Both the position numbers and the translations under genes were made by a program. Shown here piece after piece: positions 55,901-64,000 of a stretch of DNA of 64,000 nucleotides. A model generated the notes under the pieces. That model saw nothing but the letters and a program-made list of their open reading frames with translations. It did not search any database and had not been told where the DNA came from. Numbering within the stretch: the stretch's first letter is position 1; every line of letters begins with the position of its first letter. Location: the NCBI GenBank assembly GCA_026387265.1, contig JAPLLZ010000020.1, forward strand, positions 5,413-69,412, in the 5' to 3' direction. This stretch comes from Candidatus Omnitrophota bacterium (lineage in GTDB: Bacteria; Omnitrophota; Gorgyraeia; Gygaellales; Profunditerraquicolaceae).

Positions 55901-58459
55901 CATAATCAGGCTAAGCTTGGCGTAAACCGCGTACGCGCTCCGCCTGTTGGTATTAAGAATTTCATAGCTGCTTTAATCTTCGGCCTTTCCGCGTTAACTT
56001 TCCACAATGCATTAAATTTCAGTCAAATCAATTTAACCGTGCCGTCTATTGCTATTTCTATATTAGAAATAGCCGTGGCGGTTATTTTCATTAAAGGAGG
56101 TGTACCATGTGCCCTATCAAAATCGAAGATATCAGAATGGATCACATCGTTGATTACACGAAGAACTACTCTACCTTTGCAACAGCCCGCCAAAACAGTA
56201 ACAACCACCTTAGGATCTTTATGGTCAATGATTCCGGCAACGTTTATCTGCGCAATGGGCGCGGTGAAAGCTGGATGGAGATCCTGGGTAGCGCAGCCGA
56301 GAAAGTCCGGGATTGTATTGACCAAGCGCGCAGCTATGTTCCGGTCTACAAAGTTAACGCAGCTTACGGATACAACAACTAATTCCGGTGAAGACAAGTT
56401 TGTTTCTAACAAGGCGTCTACTCCTACCGTGGCAGGAAAGAGTACGCCGATTATTGCTGGCAAGGGTGTCCAGACTTCCCTCCAGAAGACGATCACTGGC
56501 ACCTTTGCCGCAATAAATAATAAGTTTAGCTCTTTAAAGCGGGCATTAGTTACCGCTTGCGTTATTGTAGTAATGTTGTTTGCCCTTACTGGTTGTGCTA
56601 CCAATAGTAATAATATTGTTAATGTTCAATATTCTGATACTGTCATGCAAGAGTATAGCGATAATTTGCAGGGTTGGGCTCAGGATCTAGCGTATACTAA
56701 AGTTGGCAAGACATTGAATTTTACTTCAGTTGATGCGCAAGAAAGAGTTATAGAAATTAATGATTATATTAATAACCTGTGGGATGAGATGTATAAGGCA
56801 GGAGAATTAGATGATTATTTGACTAAGAGAGGGGATTCTGCAGAAGCGGTTATCATAGGTAAAGGGTTATTGCTTATACAGCTTACTGATCCTCAGGTTT
56901 ATGAAATGCTTAAGGAAGAGAATGCTGCTTTTTATGTTAATCCGCAATTAGAAGGCAGCGGTGCGACCTACGGAACTAATTGGCTCGGAACGATGGGCCG
57001 GCCGATTGTCGAAGTACATGCTAAATATATTAACGATCCGTTTACCGTAGCGCGCATCTTAGACCATGAGTCAGTCCATGTAGAAGCCCTGCCGCAAAAC
57101 TTCTTCCAGGCAGTCGGTAAGTATAACGTGATTAAATTGTTGGTAGATATTGTTGCTAGTGTTCCTGTTGAAGAGACCAAGGCTTATGCCAGAGAGGCGG
57201 AGTTTGCAAGTAAATTTGGTATTATGCCGGAAAAGGGTAAAGAATTCTTTGATGAGATGGATTTAATGTTTGCTTATTCTGATGAGAAGCAAAGTTTCGT
57301 ATTAATGGGTATTGCTTATAACATGTGTGTTTATGCGCCTCTCTTTTTAATCGGGTTTTATCTTATCAGAAGAACAATCAGACGGGCGCACTCAGAATCT
57401 TATAATGCAATATATATCCCTAGTAGAAAAACCTACTATTATATTAATGAGGAAAATGAACAACTCTTTATGGATAGTGCCGATTATCTTAAGCGCCAGA
57501 ATGCCCGCGCTGTTGTTTTCTCCAAAAAGGTTTTATATGTTCCTAGTGAGGAAGTATATTACTTTATCAATGAGAGAAAGCTGGGATTCTTTATTAACAA
57601 TGCCAAATATTTTAAGAGCCAAGGATTTAATTTGCGTTATTTAGACGATCTGATAAGAAAGGCTGAAGAATACAATTGTGATCTTGATTGCGATGGCGTT
57701 GCTGTTCCGGCTTCTAATGGTACATTTGTAGTACGGGAATTAGAGAATCCTGAGTCGCATAATCTGCAGCCCATCGGTCAAATTATTGCTGCCTTACGTC
57801 ATCCTTCAGTAGCCGGTAGCTTCTTAAAGGTAGCCAGATTATCCTATAAAGTAGCCTGTTTCAAGCTTGCAGAACAGAATGGCATCAGAGGCGCTCCGGT
57901 AGTAAGACATATCCGCGCTTTCTTCTACGTATTAGCTAACTCTAAAACCGGCAGAAATGTTACTGCCGAATACATATCTTCCAAGCTTTCTGCTAAAGAT
58001 GCAACATTCCTCAATGCCCAATTAGATCTTCATGAAAAAGGTGAGACTGAAAGAGCGGGCCTAAAGGCTCAGGTAGAAGCGTTCAGAAAGAATAAGGATC
58101 AAGGTGAGGAATACTTAGCTTTTATCATTATCTCGACCCTTTCTGCTACAGCAGCTTTTATTGTATTCATGGTATTAAATTTAGGAGTCACTTTAAATAT
58201 TCATCCTGCTTTTGTAGCGGCAGCAGCAGCTATGGCTGTACCATTTCTTTTGTTTCCGGCTAAATTCCTTTTTAGTAATATAGCTACACTTATTTCTTCC
58301 AATATAGCTAATGCGCATAAAGCAAAACAAGTAAGGACGTCCTCATACATGAACACTGCTTTAGAAAAATCTTCATCTTTAACGGTAACTATACAGGTTC
58401 CGGTGTACAAAGAAACATTTGAACAAACAATCAAGCTTACTTTTGTGATGATGGCCTGA
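52967..58459 (+). CDS. Giant protein part 2 (1830 aa): N/G/D-rich linker, repeats, internal lipobox, HExxH domain, start of GT2 module
   Basis: AGGAG 6 nt before GTG; LTGC lipobox; HESVH; ends in VTIQVPVYKE GT2 start. Confidence 0.8.
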   Translation: MGIADKSLGINEKNFNWMNGKNCFITIAPLAIRAALEAAKNKIEASGKLWTLRVAVQTYNDLVDEYNASHQDKLERLFVAKVAQSRIKELIDQEVSFEITENLGDSFHAILPFGYVENESSLSITAMNGNVADHRRTVNVADLDFSGTGVIVMVAESAKNLITKEESDAAEDGYRSTDDKPITGDTNVNTDTASKDTHNDNNDINNNNNNGGEGKGNGGNDGGNTGKDHANKANNVNNNDGKDGDSDLAGEKISQDLPETGKVAIEDAIVDSFNRITANNLSPPEAIFANLANTLRIVVNQLKEELSDLTRANTASLRNAIDVFNELIAILDNLANNPIVSLKYFLMLARREEEDIVTPLLKTLIGAIKDRGLNNLHGRYFRAARLIAHRYGLPYSSMVELANTFILLNETNDFINALKEEDFVRAELEARAKETEIASLATFAHNGGFVVMNNAAAYDRLNNVLNILNNSVGRYTSGVGVAVNVVKIKFGETRAGLNSIIGALSASVSGIFSRLGSLFVITPALAGQVESDETASTLLSSLTRASDELSQFPANLPTAKTVVNTVETAKSTNSQSITAENKTIASDILNNVLNILNNSVAKYVSNIKVTINAIKVGVTGAARVGLSSIANTLSSSLTNVSNKLSSSPISSLLTRLATVNESGIVNVGLSIVLAPAATVSLGIVAPIAVHLFGLVLGGVAALVTGFVLVAGLSKVINNSVSTHLAASTASLSASQDVDVNNADLTSATAKTATGTVETAKSINSQSVTVESKVTVSGILNNVLNILSNSVAKYVSNIKVTINAIKVGVTGAASPVAGSTTVPAASSTSLPASQAVNTNNANLTKLAAKVLNLVHSLIASIRNILNNLSSKSEIKGETSTKVQANILGNSISSLAPPVNGLIARFVKNAINQLINAIKGEENGHEKNNRNERGNSSNRYTVQNKTAPGNETGSGIRNAKFKEYINRKAGQLINWLRTILHNQAKLGVNRVRAPPVGIKNFIAALIFGLSALTFHNALNFSQINLTVPSIAISILEIAVAVIFIKGGVPCALSKSKISEWITSLITRRTTLPLQQPAKTVTTTLGSLWSMIPATFICAMGAVKAGWRSWVAQPRKSGIVLTKRAAMFRSTKLTQLTDTTTNSGEDKFVSNKASTPTVAGKSTPIIAGKGVQTSLQKTITGTFAAINNKFSSLKRALVTACVIVVMLFALTGCATNSNNIVNVQYSDTVMQEYSDNLQGWAQDLAYTKVGKTLNFTSVDAQERVIEINDYINNLWDEMYKAGELDDYLTKRGDSAEAVIIGKGLLLIQLTDPQVYEMLKEENAAFYVNPQLEGSGATYGTNWLGTMGRPIVEVHAKYINDPFTVARILDHESVHVEALPQNFFQAVGKYNVIKLLVDIVASVPVEETKAYAREAEFASKFGIMPEKGKEFFDEMDLMFAYSDEKQSFVLMGIAYNMCVYAPLFLIGFYLIRRTIRRAHSESYNAIYIPSRKTYYYINEENEQLFMDSADYLKRQNARAVVFSKKVLYVPSEEVYYFINERKLGFFINNAKYFKSQGFNLRYLDDLIRKAEEYNCDLDCDGVAVPASNGTFVVRELENPESHNLQPIGQIIAALRHPSVAGSFLKVARLSYKVACFKLAEQNGIRGAPVVRHIRAFFYVLANSKTGRNVTAEYISSKLSAKDATFLNAQLDLHEKGETERAGLKAQVEAFRKNKDQGEEYLAFIIISTLSATAAFIVFMVLNLGVTLNIHPAFVAAAAAMAVPFLLFPAKFLFSNIATLISSNIANAHKAKQVRTSSYMNTALEKSSSLTVTIQVPVYKETFEQTIKLTFVMMA
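54638..55402 (+). repeat. ~195-bp direct repeat (54638-54832 and 55208-55402); shorter third copy near 54345
   Basis: LNNVLNIL(N/S)NSVAKYVSNIKVTINAIKVGVTGAA duplicated with high DNA identity. Confidence 0.9.
55728..55877 (+). CDS. Candidate nested small gene (49 aa) in an alternative frame of giant part 2
   Basis: AAAGGAGAGGAG SD; MDMKRIIEMREEIAAIDTQYRIRRLQEMRQAAVLEMLNLRSISIEKLVN*. Confidence 0.45.
   Translation: MDMKRIIEMREEIAAIDTQYRIRRLQEMRQAAVLEMLNLRSISIEKLVN
56107..56382 (+). CDS. Candidate nested small gene (91 aa) in an alternative frame of giant part 2
   Basis: Perfect AAGGAGGT SD at 56094-56101; globular-looking product; hairpin at 56413-56448 after the stop. Confidence 0.55.
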   Translation: MCPIKIEDIRMDHIVDYTKNYSTFATARQNSNNHLRIFMVNDSGNVYLRNGRGESWMEILGSAAEKVRDCIDQARSYVPVYKVNAAYGYNN

Positions 58460-60306
58460 TGTATTTTACTGCGAATGAAAATGTGGATAGTTTTATGGCT
58501 AAGGCACTTAGCCTTCCGGAGGAAACAAGAACTCCTGAACAAAAAGAAGTATTGGCAAGAGTGGCTTTCTATAGAGCAAATAATATTACTTTTGTCGCCA
58601 GGCCTCGGCCGGTGAAAGATAATCTTGCGACAATGAGAGCAGGGACATTTAAAAAAGGAAGCAATTTAAATTATACCCTGAAACTTGCTGAGCGAATATC
58701 TGAAATAATGATCGATAGAGGTATTTCTCTTGAAGAAGCGCAGACAATAGCCATTCAGGAAAAAGAAGAATATCGATTAGGATGTATCGAAGGCAACCTG
58801 TGGATAGGAGATGTCAAGCTGCTTTTGGATAAAGATAGCATTATTCCTACTGGTATAAGCAGGTTGACGATTGCTGAGTTCGATAATGATGAAAAGCTAG
58901 CTTATATTCAATGCGCTTCGGTCCCGAACAATGAAAATGAGAATTATTTTACAAAAATAATCGGGTATGCGACACGTATTTATTATGATTTTGCTTTTAG
59001 CCACTCGGCTTTAACTGGATCGGTAATTCCTTTGGTCGGGCATAATGCTTATATAAGAAAAGCGTTATTAAGCCAGATCGGGTGGTGGCCGGAAAATAGA
59101 GTTTCAGAAGACTTGAGCGCAGAGTTTGATTTTAATATCAGAGGTTTCCATGGTAAATATGCCGATATTTCCGGCATGAGATTTGAAGAGGCTATCTCTA
59201 ATAATATAATAACTGAAGCTAAACAGATGACTAAATATGTCTTTGGGGCAGCAGAGCTAATATTTAACCAGCCGAAAGATTGGAAGAAAGAAGGTATATT
59301 TACAAAACAGTTAAGTAATATTCTCGGTTCGAAAGAAATTTCTGTCTGGAAGAAAATCGATCTTATGATTTACATAGTTAACCTTTTTTGTTCAGCAATG
59401 TTATTGCCGCCGTTATTACTCTCACCTTTATTCCCGATTTCAATATATGGATTAGTAGGTCCTGTCCTGGCTTACTTGTTCAGTGGTACTTTGGTTGCTG
59501 TGTTGGGTTATATGAGAAAAAATGCTGTCGGTTTTGAAAAAGGTAAGTATGGTAGTTTTAAGCAGATACTCAGTAGACATATGAAATATATGCTGCCTTT
59601 TGGTTCTATGGTTGTATGTTTTTCTATATTTAGCATTAAAGGGTTATGGGCATATTTCACCGGTAAAAAATTAGAAATAGGTTCTTCAGATACTGGAAAG
59701 CAATTAGATAAAGAAATAACCTTTTCTAAAGCGTTAAAGAATATGGCTTCTATAATTAAGGAGCAGGCTGTTCTTGTAGGCGTATATTTGGTTATGCTTA
59801 TCTTGAGTGGAAGATTCGCGCAGCCATATTTAGGTATAGACGTTATGGGTTGTTCATATTGGTTATTCTTAGGCGAAGTGATTCTGTTAGGAATTTTTAA
59901 TCCTTCTCTTATTTATGGATTTAAGAACTCTGTTATTAAGCCATTTAGCGCTAATCTTATTATTGCAGAAGCGCATAATTTACAGCCTATCGGCCAGATT
60001 ATTGGTGCTTTACGCCATCCTTCAGTAGCGGGTAGTTTCTTAAAGATGTTCAGATTATCCTATAGAATAGCCTGCTTTAAGCTTGCCGAGGAAAACGGCA
60101 TCAGAGGCTCTCCGAAAGCAAGTATTCGTGCTTTATCCTACGTATTAGCTAATTCTGAAACCGGCAGAAAAGTTAGCGCCGAATATATATCTTCCAAGCT
60201 TTCCGCTAAAGATGCCGCATTCCTCAATGCTCAGTTAGATCTCCATGAAGCAGGAAAAACCGAAAGAGCAGGCTTTAAGGCTCAGGTAAAGTCATTCAAG
60301 AATAAG
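57757..60306 (+). repeat. ~340-bp direct repeat (57757-58096 and 59973-60306) flanking the GT2 module
   Basis: HNLQPIGQII(A/G)ALRHPSVAGSFLK...EYISSKLSAKDA(T/A)FLNAQLDLHE...ERAG in both copies. Confidence 0.92.
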
Positions 60307-63300
60307 AAACAATCTTCTGTTACGCAGCAATTAAGCCAGGAAGAAATAATTACGCAGGTAGAAGATGTTATGGCGAAGTTACAGGAAGCCGTAGCAGTCA
60401 AAGACAGCACTAAAGCATTTATTGCTATGGATGATTTAGGCAGGATCGTTCCTCTTATTAATGGCGAAACTGAAAGAACCAAATACATTTATCAGATAGC
60501 GGAAGTGCTGGATCTGCAGATAGATAATAACGAAGATACTCTTCGTATTCTCTATAAGGCGATTGCTACCGTAGGTGAGCTTACGCTTACCATTAAAGAT
60601 ATTACTAAGAGACAAATACCTGTTCATAAGATCAGAAGCTTAAGAGCGTCTTCCAATGAAGAAATTGCGCAACAAGCTAGGTTTATATTAAAGGAAGTTG
60701 TGAAGCCGGCAATTGCCAAAAATAGAAAATCTACTACTAATAAAGTTTCACTGACTCCTGCGCCGGCTAAAGAAGATTCCAAGCAGAATAAATCTAAAGG
60801 ATCTTTAAGTGTATTCTTACAGAGAGCTACCAAGGGTATCTTAACAGGATTAATTATTGCCATCATATTCTTGGGAGGAATATTTCAGGCGGGATGTTCT
60901 TATAAGCCTGCATCTATTCCTACCTCAACAACAAGCAGTGAGCAAGCCGCAGAAAATACAATTGATTCCAAAGATGTTTTAGATTTATCCGCCATTCTTG
61001 AAAAAGCCGGTGTAGAGATAGTTGATAATTATATGGATGGTACGTTGGTACAGAATACAAAGACTGGTTTACTAGCTAGCCATAGCGGTAATTCAACAAC
61101 AGCTGATTGGGGCATGACTTATGATCAGGCATTAGCGGTGATTGATTTTGCTAAGAGCGGCAAGACTGAAGAGGCTAAGAGGATCTTAGATTTCTATAAT
61201 ACACAATATGTTCAGAAAGGATTCTTTGGGTTCGCTAATGCTTATGATGTAACTGATGGCCATATTACGGAAAATGTCCAGCAGGTTGGCCCGAATGCCT
61301 GGCTGGGAATTGCAATATTACAATATGCAGAAGCTACTGGTGATGATAGCTATATAGAATTGGCTGAATCTATTGCCGGCTGGATTGCGAATTTGCAGAC
61401 CGCTAATGGCGGAGTAAGCGGTAATGTAGGCGCTAGCTTCTTATCTACGGAACAAAACATCGATGCTTATGTGTTTTTCAACATGTTAAACAATAAGACT
61501 GATAAGCAAGAATATAAGAAGATAAGCGATAATATCGCCGGCTGGATTAAAACTATGTATAATTCTGAGACCGGAATATTTAACCGCGGGCAGACGATCG
61601 GGGCCGATGGAAATGGTTCTTCTGATACCACTTTTGCTACCGATGTCCAGAGCATGGCAGTGATGGCTTTCGGCAGAACCGGGTTGCAGGAAATGGGAGT
61701 AAACATAGATAATCTTTTATCGGCAACAGAAAAGAATGCAAAGGTTACCGTAGATTATGTGCTGCCGGATGGAGCTAAAGTTTCTGTCACTGGATTTGAT
61801 TTTGATAGCAGTAAAGACATGGTTTCTCCGGAGTGGACTGCGCAGATGATTGTTGCTTATGAGATTGCAGGCGAAGAAGAGAACGAAAAACAAGCTGTTT
61901 ATTACCGCGCTGAAATGGAAAAAATGGTTTATAAGGGCACTTTACCTTATGCTACCGAAGAGGGCGCAGTTACTGGCCATGGTTGGTATACTCCTTATGG
62001 AAAGATTTCTTTAGCTGGTACCGCATATCTTCCTTTTGCTAATTGCTGGGATAATCCGTTTACTGTAAATATAGAAGGAGTTAAAGGTTATGGTTTAGAG
62101 GGTATTTTAGCAGAACAGTCTAGATTATTGCTACAAGACTATCCAGTTGTAGTTAAAGGTTTACAATCTACTAATGCACAGGATGATTTAAATGGTGCTC
62201 AAGACACCCTAAAAGTTATTGAGGATGCCATTAAATCTGCCGAAGCTAATCTGGAAGCACTCAAGGAAGTTTCTAAAGACTCAGATGCATATTTCGCAAA
62301 ATTAAGCAAGATAGTAAATATAACCTTTAAACAGCTTTTAGCGCCTGATAATAGCTCAAGGCCGCAAGGGGTAGGTAAATATATAGGCGCAAGAGTTACT
62401 TCGCCTAAGGGGACTGGTGATTGGGTTTGGGCGCAGCATTGGGTGTATTATAAAGCCTGGACTTATTATGGTTCTACTGATCCGACTGGCCCTGCGCCGA
62501 CTAGCACTCCTACGATTGGCGCCAGAATTCCTGCTGATGACGGAGATTGGGTAGGGACTGAACAATTAGTGCATTATGATGCTTGGGATTATTATGGCCC
62601 TACTGATCCGACTGGCCCTGCGCCGTCAGCTGATCCTGTTGATGGGGCAGTGGTTGATGCTGATGGCGGGCGCTGGGTGGGTAATGGTACGGAATGGATA
62701 TGGCAGCGTGATGAAGAGCATCATCCGGCTACAGACATTATGGAGGTTCAGTGGAAATGGGAGGGTTGGGTACAAGAACATCCAGCTACCAAGGTTCTTG
62801 AGCCATATTGGCAGTGGCAGGCTTATGTTAGGGATCCGAGCAATGGTACTGATAGCAGATGGCTAAAGATTTCTAAAATACCAGCCAAGGCAGAAGAATA
62901 TGGTGAATTTGATGAGGTAAAGTTTTATGCTCTTGAGTCAGTGAATGGTACAGTTTACTTTAAGGATAATGGTTCTTCTAAGTATGTTTGGCAGATAGGT
63001 AAAAATGAATTTACAAGTTATAAAGCGGTCATTAATTCTAATGATGCCGGCGCCTGGCTTCCTTTAATAGATGGTATGGAAAAACCGCTGGGTGCAGTTT
63101 CTATAGGTGTGGATGAAACGGCTGCTTATTATCTTTTTACAGATAAAGAAGGGAATAGCACATATTATAAAAAGGTTGACGAACAGACTTTTTATTGGCA
63201 GACAAGTTTAAAAGCGGCTAAGGCCTACAAAGAAGCATTGTCATCTGAGAATGGCGCTTGGTTATCTTGGATTCCAGGTGTTCCTGTTCCTAATGAGGGT

Positions 63301-64000
63301 GTAATTACACGTTATGCAACAGAGAATGATAAGCAGGTTCTTTATTACTGGCAGTCAAGCGTTCAAGCAACGAACAAATATGTAGAAGCGCTTAGAAACT
63401 ATGGTTTTTGGTCACCAGCCACTTCAGAAATAAATACATCTGAAGATGTAGTTACCTGGACGCCAGAAGAGATTAAGGCGAATGGCTATATCGTAAAGAT
63501 TGATGATTCTAATTCTCAACATGGCTGGCTTACTATAGGTGGACAGACGATTGAAGTGATCTTTACTTCTGGGTACAAGGGTGGACAGGAATATATTAAT
63601 GCTTTAAAAGGTGTTTATGAAGAAGGCGTTAGCAATAGTTTCGGTGGCTATATCGAATTTGGTGCTAATGGACAGAGAACTTGGATTAACAGTGTTGCTG
63701 CCAGCCGCGTAAATACTTATACATCAAAAACCACAAATATAGATCCTTCAACTGGGGCAGTTAATAAGGAAGTGCGTTATTTTGTTCCGGTTGTTACTCC
63801 TCAGGGTACAGTTTTTGTACCTCAATCGCTTAAGTCAGAAGTTAACACCTATATAGGTGGTCTGATACGCAAGCAAGAGGGTACTGGAACGGTTACTGAA
63901 TATACTTATGATGGTACTTTTGATACTTATGGTGTTGCCCATACAACTACCACTAAAGTAATTGAAACTGGAAGAATTATATCTAAAAGTGTTGTTACCT
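58459..64000 (+). CDS. Giant protein part 3 (>1840 aa, runs off window; not in ORF track): membrane GT2 synthase-like module, linker repeat, internal lipobox, six-hairpin glycosidase-like domain, Trp-rich repeats
   Basis: Frame 1 opens at 58423 and no stop was seen in the stretches translated by hand up to the window end; RAGTFKKGSNLN, LLDKDS, VGHNA, VSED; YDQALA, GPNAWLG, STEQNIDAY. Confidence 0.85.
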   Translation, partial: MYFTANENVDSFMAKALSLPEETRTPEQKEVLARVAFYRANNITFVARPRPVKDNLATMRAGTFKKGSNLNYTLKLAERISEIMIDRGISLEEAQTIAIQEKEEYRLGCIEGNLWIGDVKLLLDKDSIIPTGISRLTIAEFDNDEKLAYIQCASVPNNENENYFTKIIGYATRIYYDFAFSHSALTGSVIPLVGHNAYIRKALLSQIGWWPENRVSEDLSAEFDFNIRGFHGKYADISGMRFEEAISNNIITEAKQMTKYVFGAAELIFNQPKDWKKEGIFTKQLSNILGSKEISVWKKIDLMIYIVNLFCSAMLLPPLLLSPLFPISIYGLVGPVLAYLFSGTLVAVLGYMRKNAVGFEKGKYGSFKQILSRHMKYMLPFGSMVVCFSIFSIKGLWAYFTGKKLEIGSSDTGKQLDKEITFSKALKNMASIIKEQAVLVGVYLVMLILSGRFAQPYLGIDVMGCSYWLFLGEVILLGIFNPSLIYGFKNSVIKPFSANLIIAEAHNLQPIGQIIGALRHPSVAGSFLKMFRLSYRIACFKLAEENGIRGSPKASIRALSYVLANSETGRKVSAEYISSKLSAKDAAFLNAQLDLHEAGKTERAGFKAQVKSFKNKKQSSVTQQLSQEEIITQVEDVMAKLQEAVAVKDSTKAFIAMDDLGRIVPLINGETERTKYIYQIAEVLDLQIDNNEDTLRILYKAIATVGELTLTIKDITKRQIPVHKIRSLRASSNEEIAQQARFILKEVVKPAIAKNRKSTTNKVSLTPAPAKEDSKQNKSKGSLSVFLQRATKGILTGLIIAIIFLGGIFQAGCSYKPASIPTSTTSSEQAAENTIDSKDVLDLSAILEKAGVEIVDNYMDGTLVQNTKTGLLASHSGNSTTADWGMTYDQALAVIDFAKSGKTEEAKRILDFYNTQYVQKGFFGFANAYDVTDGHITENVQQVGPNAWLGIAILQYAEATGDDSYIELAESIAGWIANLQTANGGVSGNVGASFLSTEQNIDAYVFFNMLNNKTDKQEYKKISDNIAGWIKTMYNSETGIFNRGQTIGADGNGSSDTTFATDVQSMAVMAFGRTGLQEMGVNIDNLLSATEKNAKVTVDYVLPDGAKVSVTGFDFDSSKDMVSPEWTAQMIVAYEIAGEEENEKQAVYYRAEMEKMVYKGTLPYATEEGAVTGHGWYTPYGKISLAGTAYLPFANCWDNPFTVNIEGVKGYGLEGILAEQSRLLLQDYPVVVKGLQSTNAQDDLNGAQDTLKVIEDAIKSAEANLEALKEVSKDSDAYFAKLSKIVNITFKQLLAPDNSSRPQGVGKYIGARVTSPKGTGDWVWAQHWVYYKAWTYYGSTDPTGPAPTSTPTIGARIPADDGDWVGTEQLVHYDAWDYYGPTDPTGPAPSADPVDGAVVDADGGRWVGNGTEWIWQRDEEHHPATDIMEVQWKWEGWVQEHPATKVLEPYWQWQAYVRDPSNGTDSRWLKISKIPAKAEEYGEFDEVKFYALESVNGTVYFKDNGSSKYVWQIGKNEFTSYKAVINSNDAGAWLPLIDGMEKPLGAVSIGVDETAAYYLFTDKEGNSTYYKKVDEQTFYWQTSLKAAKAYKEALSSENGAWLSWIPGVPVPNEGVITRYATENDKQVLYYWQSSVQATNKYVEALRNYGFWSPATSEINTSEDVVTWTPEEIKANGYIVKIDDSNSQHGWLTIGGQTIEVIFTSGYKGGQEYINALKGVYEEGVSNSFGGYIEFGANGQRTWINSVAASRVNTYTSKTTNIDPSTGAVNKEVRYFVPVVTPQGTVFVPQSLKSEVNTYIGGLIRKQEGTGTVTEYTYDGTFDTYGVAHTTTTKVIETGRIISKSVVT

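Noticed and set aside
41307-62565. Numerous other minus-strand ORFs within the giant gene
   Set aside because: Antisense shadows without SD sites or recognisable motifs
62576-62866. 96-aa alternative-frame ORF as a third nested gene
   Set aside because: No SD, and the main frame here has coherent repeats while this product looks like off-frame text

Overview
AT-rich bacterial chromosomal window, almost entirely + strand. The gene content (Tad pilus locus with a secretin-TonB fusion, and a >20 kb gene with an N-terminal C39-like domain) suggests Omnitrophota/OP3, which is an inference only. Layout: (1) 1-15974, surface-glycan biosynthesis/modification cluster (radical SAMs, GT2/GT4/GT9, GT-C-like membrane proteins, methyltransferases, WecA/MraY-like). 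(2) tRNA-Leu(GAG), a minus-strand FIST / histidine kinase / REC-GGDEF operon, and tRNA-Glu(CTC) flanked by two tRNA fragments, each interrupted by a ~58-nt double-hairpin element. (3) 23012-39496, Tad/Flp pilus locus with 12 prepilin-like genes, three of them missing from the ORF track. (4) A four-helix-bundle gene inside inverted heptamer arrays, plus an apparently empty second heptamer cassette. (5) A near-consensus sigma70 promoter and c-di-GMP-I riboswitch leading a giant reading unit from 41176 past the window end (>22.8 kb, about 7,600 codons) split into three ORFs. The giant unit looks like a modular polyprotein: C39-like peptidase, Gly-zipper membrane region, SecA/SF2-like ATPase, HExxH domain, GT2 synthase and six-hairpin glycosidase. 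It also carries internal lipoprotein signal peptides, a duplicated ~113-aa linker, a RAPP motif, and two small out-of-frame genes with strong Shine-Dalgarno sites nested inside it. Domain calls are from motif recognition by eye, not from database searches.
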